Source: Epithemia pelagica (lineage: Eukaryota > Protista > Bacillariophyta). From it: 64,000 nt of DNA. Under the pieces are notes generated by a model. It made no database searches. It worked only from the letters and a program-made list of their open reading frames with translations, and was not told the DNA's origin. The position numbers and the translations under genes were made by a program. Location of the stretch: the NCBI GenBank assembly GCA_946965045.2, contig OX337236.1, positions 248,001 through 312,000 of the forward strand, read 5' to 3'. Shown here one piece after another: positions 1-11,000 of this stretch. How positions within the stretch are numbered: position 1 is the stretch's first letter; every line of letters starts with the position of its first letter.

Positions 1-594
1 CGGCAAGGTGGACAGTGCTTGCTGTACTGGTACATAGCCTTGGTCGGAAGCGTCGAGTTGTTGCTCGATATACGCAGCTGCTTGCTTCACATAGTCGTGC
101 GAGACCACTTCTACCAAGACTGCTTGATGTTCCTTGCCACCCAGTATGGTTGTTTGGAACATGGGATACAACAGCACTGTTTGGTTGTCGTCCTTGTCGT
201 CACTATCCTGTATTGGATGTGTGTTGGTCCTTGTGCGGGTTCGTTGTTTCGAGTCCTTGTTGTTGTTGTTGTGGTCGTCGTCTTGGAACCATTCGTGGAG
301 GACGGACCGTACCACGTCGACCGAGACGCCCATAAATTGTGCTCCGTCCTCCAGTCGACACCGACCTCCGAGGGTTGGTACCGCCACGTTGAGAAACTCG
401 TCTCGCACAGCCTCTCGGGTCCTGTACACGCCCAGAGAGGAACGATACCGTGGGAAGCCAGCATCCGGTGGCCGTTCCTTCTCCTTGCTACGAGTGTCCG
501 CAGACGTTGCTCGATGCAACAAGAGACTCATGAGACTGTCGGCATCGTCTTTGCAAAATGGACCATTCGTCCTTGTTCCTTCCGTTGCCGTCAT
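1..594 (-). CDS. 5' part of a hypothetical protein running off the left edge (198 codons, MTATEGTRTNGPFCKDD...)
   Basis: Manual translation gives an ATG at 594 and no stop down to base 1. The D/N/T-rich linker matches the style of neighbouring genes. It is absent from the ORF track because no stop is in the window. Confidence 0.5.
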   Translation of the reverse strand, partial: MTATEGTRTNGPFCKDDADSLMSLLLHRATSADTRSKEKERPPDAGFPRYRSSLGVYRTREAVRDEFLNVAVPTLGGRCRLEDGAQFMGVSVDVVRSVLHEWFQDDDHNNNNKDSKQRTRTRTNTHPIQDSDDKDDNQTVLLYPMFQTTILGGKEHQAVLVEVVSHDYVKQAAAYIEQQLDASDQGYVPVQQALSTLP

Positions 595-926
595 GGTCTC
601 GGGATTATGATGATAATGTCCAAGTATGTTGTGTATTGCTCTGTTTGTTACAAGACAAAGATCTCACATGCTGATTGCTGATGCTTGTTCTATTGCGCAT
701 ATACCACCATGGTGCTTCTGTCAAAAACGCGAAGCCTGGATCTTTTTTTCCGGGTTCTATGATTCGCGACTGGATGAGTCATGAGTCGGATCAGTCCCGA
801 GTGCGGAAGAACCCCAACTGGCACGGATACACCCAATCGGTACGTGCCTTTGAAAACTGATGTTTCTTCTATTGACTTTAAAGTCCTGGACGCTCGAGCG
901 TGTGTATTTCCCCGTCTTTGGGTCGA

Positions 927-1704
927 CACCCCCTAGCGGGGGTGGCTAAGAGGGTTTAATTTCGTGTAGCCAACCCCATCTCTCTGGTGTCCGGTCTAGT
1001 CGGCAGGCATATCTCATTTTCACAACCACGATAACAACACGACAAGTCTAGTCGGCAGGCATATCTCATTTTCACAACCACGATAACAACACGACAATCA
1101 AACTTTGTTGTTGCTGGTGACCTCCTATGATCACCCCATCATGATCCGACCATCGTGTGATTCATATTAGTACCATGGTAGTGCATTGTGAGCGGCGCAG
1201 TGCATGAGGGTCACTCTAGGCAAGGATGAAAATAGTGGCCCAGCATTATGGCACGACACGAGACCATGATGGCCCCCAAAACACATGGGAATAGAGGTCC
1301 TGCTGTCGATACACTCCGTTACTACTGTTATGTATATTGTGTACCATTAGGTGTCGAAACAATGAATGATAAGAGCCATACATCCCTCTTAGATGCTTCG
1401 TTCGAAATTGTGAGGCGTTGCTTCCGTATGACCGTGCCACGAGGCATGGTGCCTGTGAACCAGCTCTACAATAGACTCAACCTTCATATTTTGGCCATGC
1501 AGATGTATCCTACGCTATTGGTTAGAGGTCTATGACTCGGCCGACAGGTACCAAGTGTCAAAATAGGTGCACAACAACAGGTGCAACACCGAGGTCCGTG
1601 TTGTTATCGCGATGGATGGAATGAGAAACAGGTTATTTTTCTACCAGAGAGATGGGGGTGTTTCAACGAAATTACAACCTCAAAGACACCCCCGCTAGGG
1701 GGTG
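927..1704. mobile_element. Non-autonomous TIR DNA transposon, Mutator/MULE-like by its 9-bp TSD
   Basis: Imperfect TIRs of about 60 bp (CACCCCCTAGCGGGGGT... at 927-988, reverse complement at about 1644-1704). TTGGGTCGA flanks both ends (918-926 and 1705-1713). No transposase ORF. Confidence 0.8.
994..1097. repeat. Perfect 52-bp tandem duplication inside the TIR element
   Basis: GTCTAGTCGGCAGGCATATCTC...CACGACAA at 994-1045 and 1046-1097. Confidence 0.95.
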
Positions 1705-1903
1705 TTGGGTCGACAGTCGACACCCCAATTATTTTGTTCTGTACTTACTACATTATTATTATTTGGGGCAGTGGTTGCGTCCAAAAGCCAAGAGAGAGAC
1801 GAGTTGACCATGACGAGAGGAGATAGAGCGAGGAGACAGCGGCATGTATATTCTCCAGTGTGATATGCGAATAGCCCATTGTTTCGAATTTTTTTGTGTC
1901 TGA

Positions 1904-3434
1904 ATGAACGTATACAGTACGGTCATGTCCTTTTCGTTGAGCCAACAAAAGGCGTTGGCCATTGTGCCCAAGGTGACGGGTTGCTTGTCCATGACCTCCT
2001 CGGCCACCATTTTGTGGTTGATTGGTCGACAAGCCGAACCCAAAACGGTGTATCATCGCTTGTTGGTGGGCATGTCCGTGGCCGACATTTCCTCTAGTTT
2101 GTGGTTGTCCCTGTCGACCTGGCCCATTCCGCGAGAATCGGGCATTTTGTGGGCGTCCGGGACGGATCGAACCTGTTCCGTCCAAGGCTTTTTTACTCAA
2201 TTTGGCATTTCGTCGCCCCTTTACAATGTATCGCTGTCACTCTATTATCTCTTGGTAATTCGATATTCATGGAAGGAAGAAAAGTTGCAAACCATTGAAA
2301 AATGGTTGCATCTCGGTCCCTTGCTGTGGGCCTCGGGGACGACGATCGCCTCCTTCGCCATGAATTTGTTTGGCTGGGCCAATTTGTGGTGTTGGTTGGC
2401 CAAGTCGGGACCGTGGACGGACAATCCCAATCTTTGGCGATGGGCCTTTTTCTATGGACCGCTCTGGTCCGCCCTCCTCTTTGTCACTTTGGCCCTCCTG
2501 AGTGTCTTTCACCATGTTCGGACCGTGACCTTGCGGTCCGAACAATACTTACCCGATGTCGTGTCCACACAAGTCTTTTACGATCATGGATTTCGCGAAA
2601 GTAGCAGCAATGGTATGATGCGTGCGGCAAGTACCAGAGCTTCTGTCGCACAACCATCCCATGCAACTCGAAGTCAACCACCATCCTCACGAACAATACA
2701 ATCCTCACTCCTCACCCGTACTAGTACGCGAATCGGTAGAACCAGCGGTTCGACGGTCCAGTGCGACGGCACCCACCTTGCACGTTTATGGGATGCAAGT
2801 TCCCCGTGCGGAAACGGAACTGGAGGCATCTCCCAGTATGCCAGTCACTACTACTACTACTACGAGCACGACCACTACTACTTCCATTGCTGACGCTCTC
2901 CTGTGCAACCCCATTTGTTGTTGTCGTGGTGGCTGCTCCCACAACGATCGACCGCCACGGCATCCCTTTGCCATTCGACGTCGTCAAGTGGCGCATCAAT
3001 GTTTGCGCTATGCCTGTGCCTTTTACCTGACGTGGATTCCCATTTCCTTGGTCCGCATTTTGCAAACCATGGACCATCCGCCCGTCTATGCCATTTTACT
3101 GTGGGCCGCCATTGCCACACCGATGCAAGGCTTGCCCAATTTTTGCATTTATCTCTTTCCCAAATACTTGGCCCGACGACAGGCCCAACGCAATGTCACG
3201 GCACCAGAAGAAGAAGAAGATGACGACGACGACGAAGCGAATAAAGAGGAGGAGTGTTTGGAAGATGAACCCTCTACGGCTGCGAATCATTATCCTTCTC
3301 ATGAGACAACACCGCGTGAAACAGTACAAGAAGCAACCACCACAGCGGAAACCAACGGAATGGACGACAAGCGAGAAACTGATGTAGTGACAACCACCAT
3401 CCATAATGATGCATTGGAATCCAGTCCGTCCTGA
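1904..3434 (+). CDS. 7-TM G-protein-coupled receptor (cAMP-receptor/Git3-like), reading frame split in the third intracellular loop
   Basis: ORF 1904-2893 gives TM1-5 (YHRLLVGMSVAD, CSVQGFF, YNVSLSLYYLLVI, NLWCW, FFYGPLW). ORF 2622-3434 gives TM6-7 (AFYLTWIP, PMQGLPNFCIY). A phase-compatible intron at 2613-2799 or a frameshift joins them. Confidence 0.85.
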
Positions 3435-4060
3435 TAGACCAACGGACCACGCTCCGGGGAGTTTGATTCTTGTCGTATGGATGATATGAGGGTTGCTCCA
3501 ACAAGTCACACTTTTACCAAACGTTTTTTTGGGTCATCATGAGAGAAAACGCCATGGAACGTACAAATCCAATGGCCAATGTTGTTGACACGTACTCGTA
3601 GCCACACAGGCGTCTACCGACAGACACGGTCGAATCTAGAGATTCTCTCCTCGAGACACAATCACAAGCAAGGGTGCTATCCGTTCACGAAATGGTGTGC
3701 GGAATGAATCACCAGAGAGACGGTTGTTGTGATTCAAAGAAATTGGACAACAACAACAACAGCAACAACAAGAAAGAGAGGAAACGAAGGGGAAGATGAA
3801 GAGCATCTTTCGAGTCGACCAAACGAGAGAACCACGTCGTACAAGAAGGAACATGCCTCCAAAGAGATGCTGGAGAATCCTGTAGGTAGATTGTTTGCCC
3901 GTGTGTCACTTCTGTCTACGCCCCCCTCTCTGTGATATGGCTCCACTAGTAGCTAGAGAAGTATACGACTTTCTCGAGGTACGAGTAATATATTAGTGGA
4001 ATGACATGGAGGTTGGAGAAGACTAGATTGTTTGGCTCTTGTCTCGTGTCCCTTCTCCTA

Positions 4061-4320
4061 CTCCTAGTGTCTAGTCTACCGGTCTCTGTCCTCATATGAG
4101 GACATCATGTCCAAGATATTAAAGCCTGGCAACCGGTACCAAGATATTAAAGCCTGACAACTGGTACGTGTACTATGACCAAACTAAACCTGAGGAAAAC
4201 GATGGTGCCATCCATTTTTCTCTATGCTGCAAAGAATACCATGAACTGAGATGTGCCAAATGTGTCCTCATATGAGGACATATCCTCATATGAGGACAAT
4301 GGTAGACTAGACACTAGGAG
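4061..4320. mobile_element. 260-bp MITE, Tc1/mariner-like (TA target)
   Basis: Perfect 20-bp TIR CTCCTAGTGTCTAGTCTACC (4061-4080) / GGTAGACTAGACACTAGGAG (4301-4320), TA on both sides. Confidence 0.85.
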
Positions 4321-4708
4321 TATATTCAAGGAGTACCGTCGTCTCATAGCATAGATCTAGCCATAGCCACCATAGCTATGGACCACATAGCACAATCGCG
4401 CCGCATTCTCTTCTTGTTGTGTGATTTGAATGCCCCGGCCGGCGACCACGCGTGACGAGACGTTCAAGAATAAGCGTTTTGAAACCGAATCCGAAAGGAT
4501 TCAAACCGACCAACCATAAAAGATGTGGTCGGGAATCGGGAAGCAAAAAGTTCATGGCCACAACAACAAATGATGAAATAGAAGCAGCCTCTCTCTATAG
4601 TGCACATTGTCGTCCATGATACTCCTATAGAAAAGGACAGAGGACTCTCGCAAACACAAACAAACAAACAAACATCTTTCCGTAACAGTCCACTGGTTTG
4701 AGTGAATC

Positions 4709-7700
4709 ATGTGGACACCAATAAGGTGTCGGACAAGACCCACGTCCACCACCATCCGGATGGTGCGGCCCCTTGTTGTGATGGTGGTATGGCTGGCCGT
4801 TCTTCTCGGCAGAACAGTCGTCATTCATGGTGGATTTGTTCCCCTCGAAGAGGATCCCCCCACACCTGGAATGCCAGAGCCACCACTCCAACAAGAACAA
4901 GTTGACCAACCAACGACAGTTTCATCGCCTCCCATGGCACAATCTGCCTGGACCGAACACGATCGATTGGATCGGGACTTGTCGCTCCATTCTCCCACCA
5001 ATGATACCACGACGACAACGATGACGAATGCCGCTCGTACGGCGAGTCAAACCCTGTGGATGGGTTCCTCCATGACGCATCGCTTGGAAGCCTTGTTTCA
5101 AAAGACGACGTCCGACACGTGTCGAGCCTTGATTGTGCGTCATTTGGGCTATTTCGTATCGGCCCTGGGTCGAGAAGAAGCCTTGCCCTTTGCCGGCAAT
5201 GGCGGTTTTCGACTCGAAACGACGTGTCCCGAACCAGCCTACGAAGATTGGACCAATTTGCCACCCGGCATGCATTTGGGACATTTGCAAAATCGTTCCT
5301 ATCAACCGCCGCCCACACAAGCCACGTATGTGCAACATGCCAATGACTTGAAACTCTTGTATTTGATTTTGGCCCATGACGATGCACCGGCCGTCATTCG
5401 ATTGGTCCAAGCCTTGCAAGACAATGACAACGACAGTACTCCTCACCCCCACAACAACAACTCCACACACTTGAAGAATGCGTCTTTTTCCTCACAGTCC
5501 CCCACCAGCAACAAAAGCACTCCCACCTCTTGGTTTGTCATTCATGTCGATGCCAAGGAATCCAGCGAGGCCACCTACCAACGTCTCCACGACTATGCCC
5601 TCGAGCATGCCAACGTTCATGTCGTGGCCCATCCCTACCGGGTGCGGGTCACTTGGGGTGGCTTTTCCATGGTCAATGCCACCTTGCAAATGCTCCAATT
5701 CGCCACGGGACACCTTCCCGGACAGGCCGCCTTGGACTTTGACAAGGCCATTCACTTGTCCGCCACCACCTATCCCCTTGCCTCCACTACCGAAATTCGA
5801 CACGAATTGGCCAAGTATCCCGTGGATGCCAATTTTATGAATGTGATTATGAAACCACAGTAAGTGTGTAGTGTGTGTGTGACAACCAACGGAAGGAATA
5901 ATGGAACCGTGCGTGGCTCACGCGTGTTTGTATGTATGACTGTTTGTTTTATCAGGAGATCCAAAACATGGAATTACTTTGTCGAATGCGACGACGCCTT
6001 GCATCGCATTTACCAGTTGCCGGTACCCACGCACGCCACGCATGGCTTTGATTTGTTTGAGACCAGTCAATGGTGGATCATTAGTCGCGACTTTGCCGAG
6101 TACTTGGCGGCCGCCCGTCCGGGCACCTTTGTGCACCAATTTGTCCCCTACGCACAGCATGTCGTGGTATCGGACGAACACTTTTTTGGCACCATTTTGC
6201 GCAATACCGAGTTTTGTTTGACCCATGTCAATCGCAATTATTTGCACATGGAATTTGATACCTGGGAATCCGACGTACCCCCCTCGCAACGAGATGGTCG
6301 CAAATGCATCATGAAGGATCCGCATCATTGTGGACGATCGCCTCGAACCTTGACAATGGCCGACGATGGACCCCTTTTGGAATTGTCGGACAATTTGTTT
6401 GCCCGCAAAGTACGTACGCATGATCGTATACACATGGGGATTACGATGGGTTGTGGTCATTCGGGTCCATCCTAGTACTATTACAAGGATGCAACCTTGG
6501 TGAAACTCTCGTCCTCACCACCGTTTTGCTTGTTTGTTTGTATTTATTTCTATATTAGTTGACGGGCGATTCCGACCTCAAGGATCAGGTGGATCAATGG
6601 CGACGAGAACGAGAAGAAGATATTCAACACGCATTGCGTCATCCCGAACAGGGTATCCAGCTCCGTCGTCGTCACGCGGTGGAATTTGAAGGGGAGGGTG
6701 TCTTGTTGGTGGCCAAATCCACGGTCCAACCCAATGCCATGCCCCAATGTTTGGGATTGGGCGATGTGGGCAATGTCGTCCAGTTGGTCCCCTGCTTTTA
6801 TCCCTGGGTCCCCTCCAATTTGTTGCCGCGCTGGGAAACGGGCGCCGTGATTACTGCCGAAGTCCGACCCCACAACAAGTGGGAGTGGTCACCCTGTACC
6901 AGCACGCATGGCCGTTTGGAACGCAACCCGGTCACGGGAGGCATGACGGTCCACGCCGCACCCAACCACCACAACAACACGACGACGACGACGACGAGTC
7001 GTCATGGACCCTTGTGTATGCTCAAACAAGTCGATGGAGGTATGTATCATGGCTTGTCTTTGTGTAGGTCGTAGTTGTGGGTGAATGTGTTTTCTCATGT
7101 GATCTGTGACGACTTTTGCTACCTATTATTATCTAGTTCGAGCGGGACGGTGCTTTGATGGGGAAACCGGAAATGGTGAGGTGGAGACCAATGTGTTTCC
7201 CTGCATTCGTGACAATTGGGGTCAACTCGTGTCGGTGGGCACTGGTCAGTTTGCTCCCACCGATGCCATTTACATTTCGGTTCCCCAGCAACGGCAACGC
7301 TACATGGAAGAACAAGCGGGTCAGACCTATCATCCCACTCTGTGTCTGGGCATGGCCCGTAATGGATCGTCCACGACAACAACCAATTCAACTGTCACGG
7401 AGGGGACCGGGAATCATGATCATGATGACCGTCCAAACAACAACAGCAACAAGATTGTCATGGTGCCCTGTTTTGGGAATCGTACGGACATGATGATTTT
7501 GGAATTTTTCTTTGTGCCCTTTATCATTCCCACCGAGGAGGAAGAGGAACGACTGCAGGCCCTCACACATGACCCTGCATCCTTGGAGATGCAACAACAA
7601 CAACAACAAGAAGCCAAAGAAGAAAAAGAACCAGTGGCTCTCATCGACAACGACGGTTCGTTTCTGGAGACATCCCCGGATCCGACCCATTGTGTAGCAG

Positions 7701-7714
7701 TCGATCCGGACTAG
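4709..7714 (+). CDS. GT14 core-2/I-branching (xylosyltransferase-like) glycosyltransferase; exons 4709-5859, 5956-6409, 6559-7039, 7137-7714
   Basis: Motifs YLILAH, FVIHVDAK, RVTWGGFSMVNA, HLSATTYPL, SQWWIISRDFAEY, SDEHFFGT, LFARK. N-terminal signal anchor. All three introns are GT-AG and their phases match. Confidence 0.88.
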
Positions 7715-8032
7715 TAGACATTGGAGACATGACACCGATGGATGCATTGAGCAATCGCTTCGCGTGTGTCGTGAGAAATAATCATGGGTTGCTCTCTACT
7801 CATTCTTATCTCATACATGGTGCATGAAAGAAGATCCAATCGTTGGTCTCCAGAGACTCTGTGCATGGCGTTATTGATCGCACGATCCATCCAGAGTCAT
7901 TGCTTATACAGCCCGTCCATGTCTCCGATTCAACGACAATTCAAAAGAGCGCCCAAACCACCGTAGGCACGCGGATTGGATGGCCGAAACCACTCTATTA
8001 TAATAGGACTATAGTCCGTAGTGGGTAATAGA

Positions 8033-11000
8033 TTACTCAACGGCTCCTTCATTCTCCTCTATTAAGACTGGTTTTTGTGCGCTGAACGAAGTAGAATCGC
8101 GCGTCATTTCGTGGGCGCGAGTGGAAGATGGCACTCCGTCACGATTGTCCCCATGCGAGGCAGGATCTTCGTCCGCATGACCATCTCCATCCGTCCGATC
8201 CTGTCCGCACGGCGCTGAGAACACGAGCCCCAAGACGCAGGAACTGGCCAGGAGCCTCAACCACCAGCGAGACGAGGACAAGAGTCCCGATGCTGCGGAG
8301 GAAGATGACAAGACATCCAACGAAGTACCTCGTACCATGGTTGCAACGGGTCCATCTCGTTGTATGCGGTCGTTCATGGCGGTATGAACCAATCGCATTG
8401 TTATCGAGACGACAAAAGAGTTCAACAAGGCTCCGCCAATCAGGTATCCCGCGTTCCATTCCACAGAAGACTGGACGGTAAAACAATTGGCGTCACTCAA
8501 GTCCGCATCGCTTGGCCAGTAATCTTGAACAACTTCGTTGATGGTCTCGCATCGATCACCAATAATAAAGGAAGCAAAGGTTGAAATTTCGAGTAAAGAC
8601 GCCACAATGGACAAACAAAACACTTCGACAGCACTCCAGGCATTCGCGATTTCGGCTAGAAAAAGGATATCAAGCTGCCGTTTTACATTCATGGGAAACA
8701 CAAGCAAGATAAAGAGCCAGTACAGACAGGCAAAGGGTGCCACAACGGCATAAAAGAAGTATGCTGTCATCAAAATGTACGTGCCGACAGTCGAGTGACT
8801 GGACGCCGGAATTGATGTACCCAACGAGACCAACGAATAGGCGGTTCGGCGGTTCTCCTCGCCCAATGCAAGACCAGCCAGACCACCGAATTCAAATACA
8901 AAGCTCGTCTTCGTTATGCCAATGCCCAGAAGAATCGCCGCTGCCATCCATAACAGCAGGAGTAAAACCATGCAAAGTCGTGACAGCTGTCGTCTTGTTC
9001 CGTTGACATGAAACGAATGGTACAAAAGAGATTGCGGAGGTTCCGCTGTCGATGGATTCGCAGCATTTTCGTCTGTCGTTGTCGGTTCTGTTTCTGTCGT
9101 TGGAAACACACTTTCGGCCAACCGGTGGCAGTACACTGCATCATGTCCCAACCCCAGGGACAGTGTCGTGGCCAACAAAAAGCCATAAAACCCATAGTGT
9201 GGAACGACAGCAACATCTAGGCCAATCACATCGCCATCAAAGAATCGAAGGTGGTACCGAAAGGCCACCATCATCAATACTAATACGTATGTGTCCACAA
9301 GTGAAAATTTGCCAAGTGAATCCAAGGCCAGCAACAGCTGACCTCGCGGTCCATCTTGAATCTTGCGAGACACAAAGCATATCAGCATAATGACAAGTTT
9401 TGCATACGGCCAGATTCCACTGAAAACAACCACCAAAAAGAAAACCGGATAAATACCGGCATTCCACATTTCATGGGCCGTTCCAAATAAGGTGAATTCA
9501 AATAGCGACGGCAGCTCCAACGTCTTTCTTCCAATCACTGCAGTAAGTTCAACACTGGCACCCACAGACAGATTGCTACTTAGAAGAATGAATATCGTTA
9601 CAAGGATCAGCATGGGTAAGCCAATTCGTGTATGCAGAGCAATGTGTGGACTGTCCAAAAGGGCCGGCTTTGGTTTTTCCACATTGTTTGGTGTATCATT
9701 AAACGGATTGTAGGGATTGGTTCCATTCACAAGGTCGTCCCCCATGCCTGGATCGAGCAACGGCTGCGTCATTGGGTTTGCCGATTCCTCCGGGTTCGGA
9801 TCGGCTCCTCCATTCGATCCACCATGGTTGGGCAAGGCGGATTTTTCTTGGAGTAACAGGACCACAGGTTGTGCTAGAACCAGCATGGTGGCTACAATTA
9901 GAATCATTGACCACAACTCTTGGGGATCGTATAGCTCGTCGTGGTCGTCGTCGGTATTAGTATCGTCATGATGTGGGGAACCAGTTTCATGGCCCGTACA
10001 CAACTGAAACGCTTCGGAAAGAGAATAGACTGACGCCAAATTGACAAAATCGCGACCGGAATCGGCAGCCCAGCCGACCATGGCCTGGACCAAGTCTTGC
10101 ACCACCGGATAATCCAGAGTCGTCAAGGTATAGGTCATGGTCTCATTCGTGTTGGCATCCTCATTCTTGTTGTCCTGTAGTGTCACAGATGTGCTAACAT
10201 TGGCCGCAAACAATCCAATGGCAAAGCTGGCATTCTCTCCGTTCAATGACGACGACATGACGCCGGACGATACGAGGAAATCATCCACTGGAACCAAAAG
10301 GCAATGTCCATGTTCAAAGACACGGGCCAAGCCAAATGACTTGAGTTGATTCACGTTGTAGTGCAAGAGTAACCGGTCGGCCAAAGCCAGGTCATTCCAA
10401 AACAGTGTAATGTTGGCGGTGGCGGTAATGTTGGGCAAATGAAGGTCCAGCTGCAAGACCAACTGTGGTACTTGTACTGCGGCTGCTGTGGACGGTTCGT
10501 TGGTTCCATAGGACACGGCATTGGAGAGGGATAGTCCATCGTCCGTGGGTGCCAACAGATTCAGCGAGTCAATTTGTCCAATGTTCTGAAAGTACATATT
10601 GGTCACGTTTAAACGATACAGACCAGCATGCGGGTCTCTGTCACGATGAAATTCTACTGTCATCTCCTTGTCCTCTCGGACCTCGGTCTTTTCTTTGTGC
10701 CACTTGTTGTTGTTGTTGTTGTTGATGGTGTTGCCCCACCAGGACCACACGTCGTCGTCGTCATCGTCGTCGTTGTCGTCGCGTGCCAGGAGGTTCCACG
10801 ACGACGAGTGTTGATCCTCCAAGAGGGTTTGAGTGACGGAATCGGCCGTACATTGAATGTACCGATTCAAGTGGTCCAGTGTCTTGGGGTGGGACAAAAA
10901 GGTTTGCAATTGCTGAAGCGGCATGACTTTCGAAAAATTCAGCCACTGCAGAGACATGTCGTCGGATGGTGATGATGGTGGTGGAGGACACACCAGCTCC

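Noticed and set aside
19-681. 220-aa plus-strand ORF
   Set aside because: It is the antisense shadow of the open minus-strand frame; its poly-Val comes from reversed AAC/GAC repeats
994-1097. Direct repeats as a possible CRISPR array (also 4111-4160)
   Set aside because: Only two adjacent copies, no unique spacers, eukaryotic context, and both lie inside TIR elements
3636-3946. Short ORFs around a CAA microsatellite
   Set aside because: Under 75 aa, low complexity, no motif
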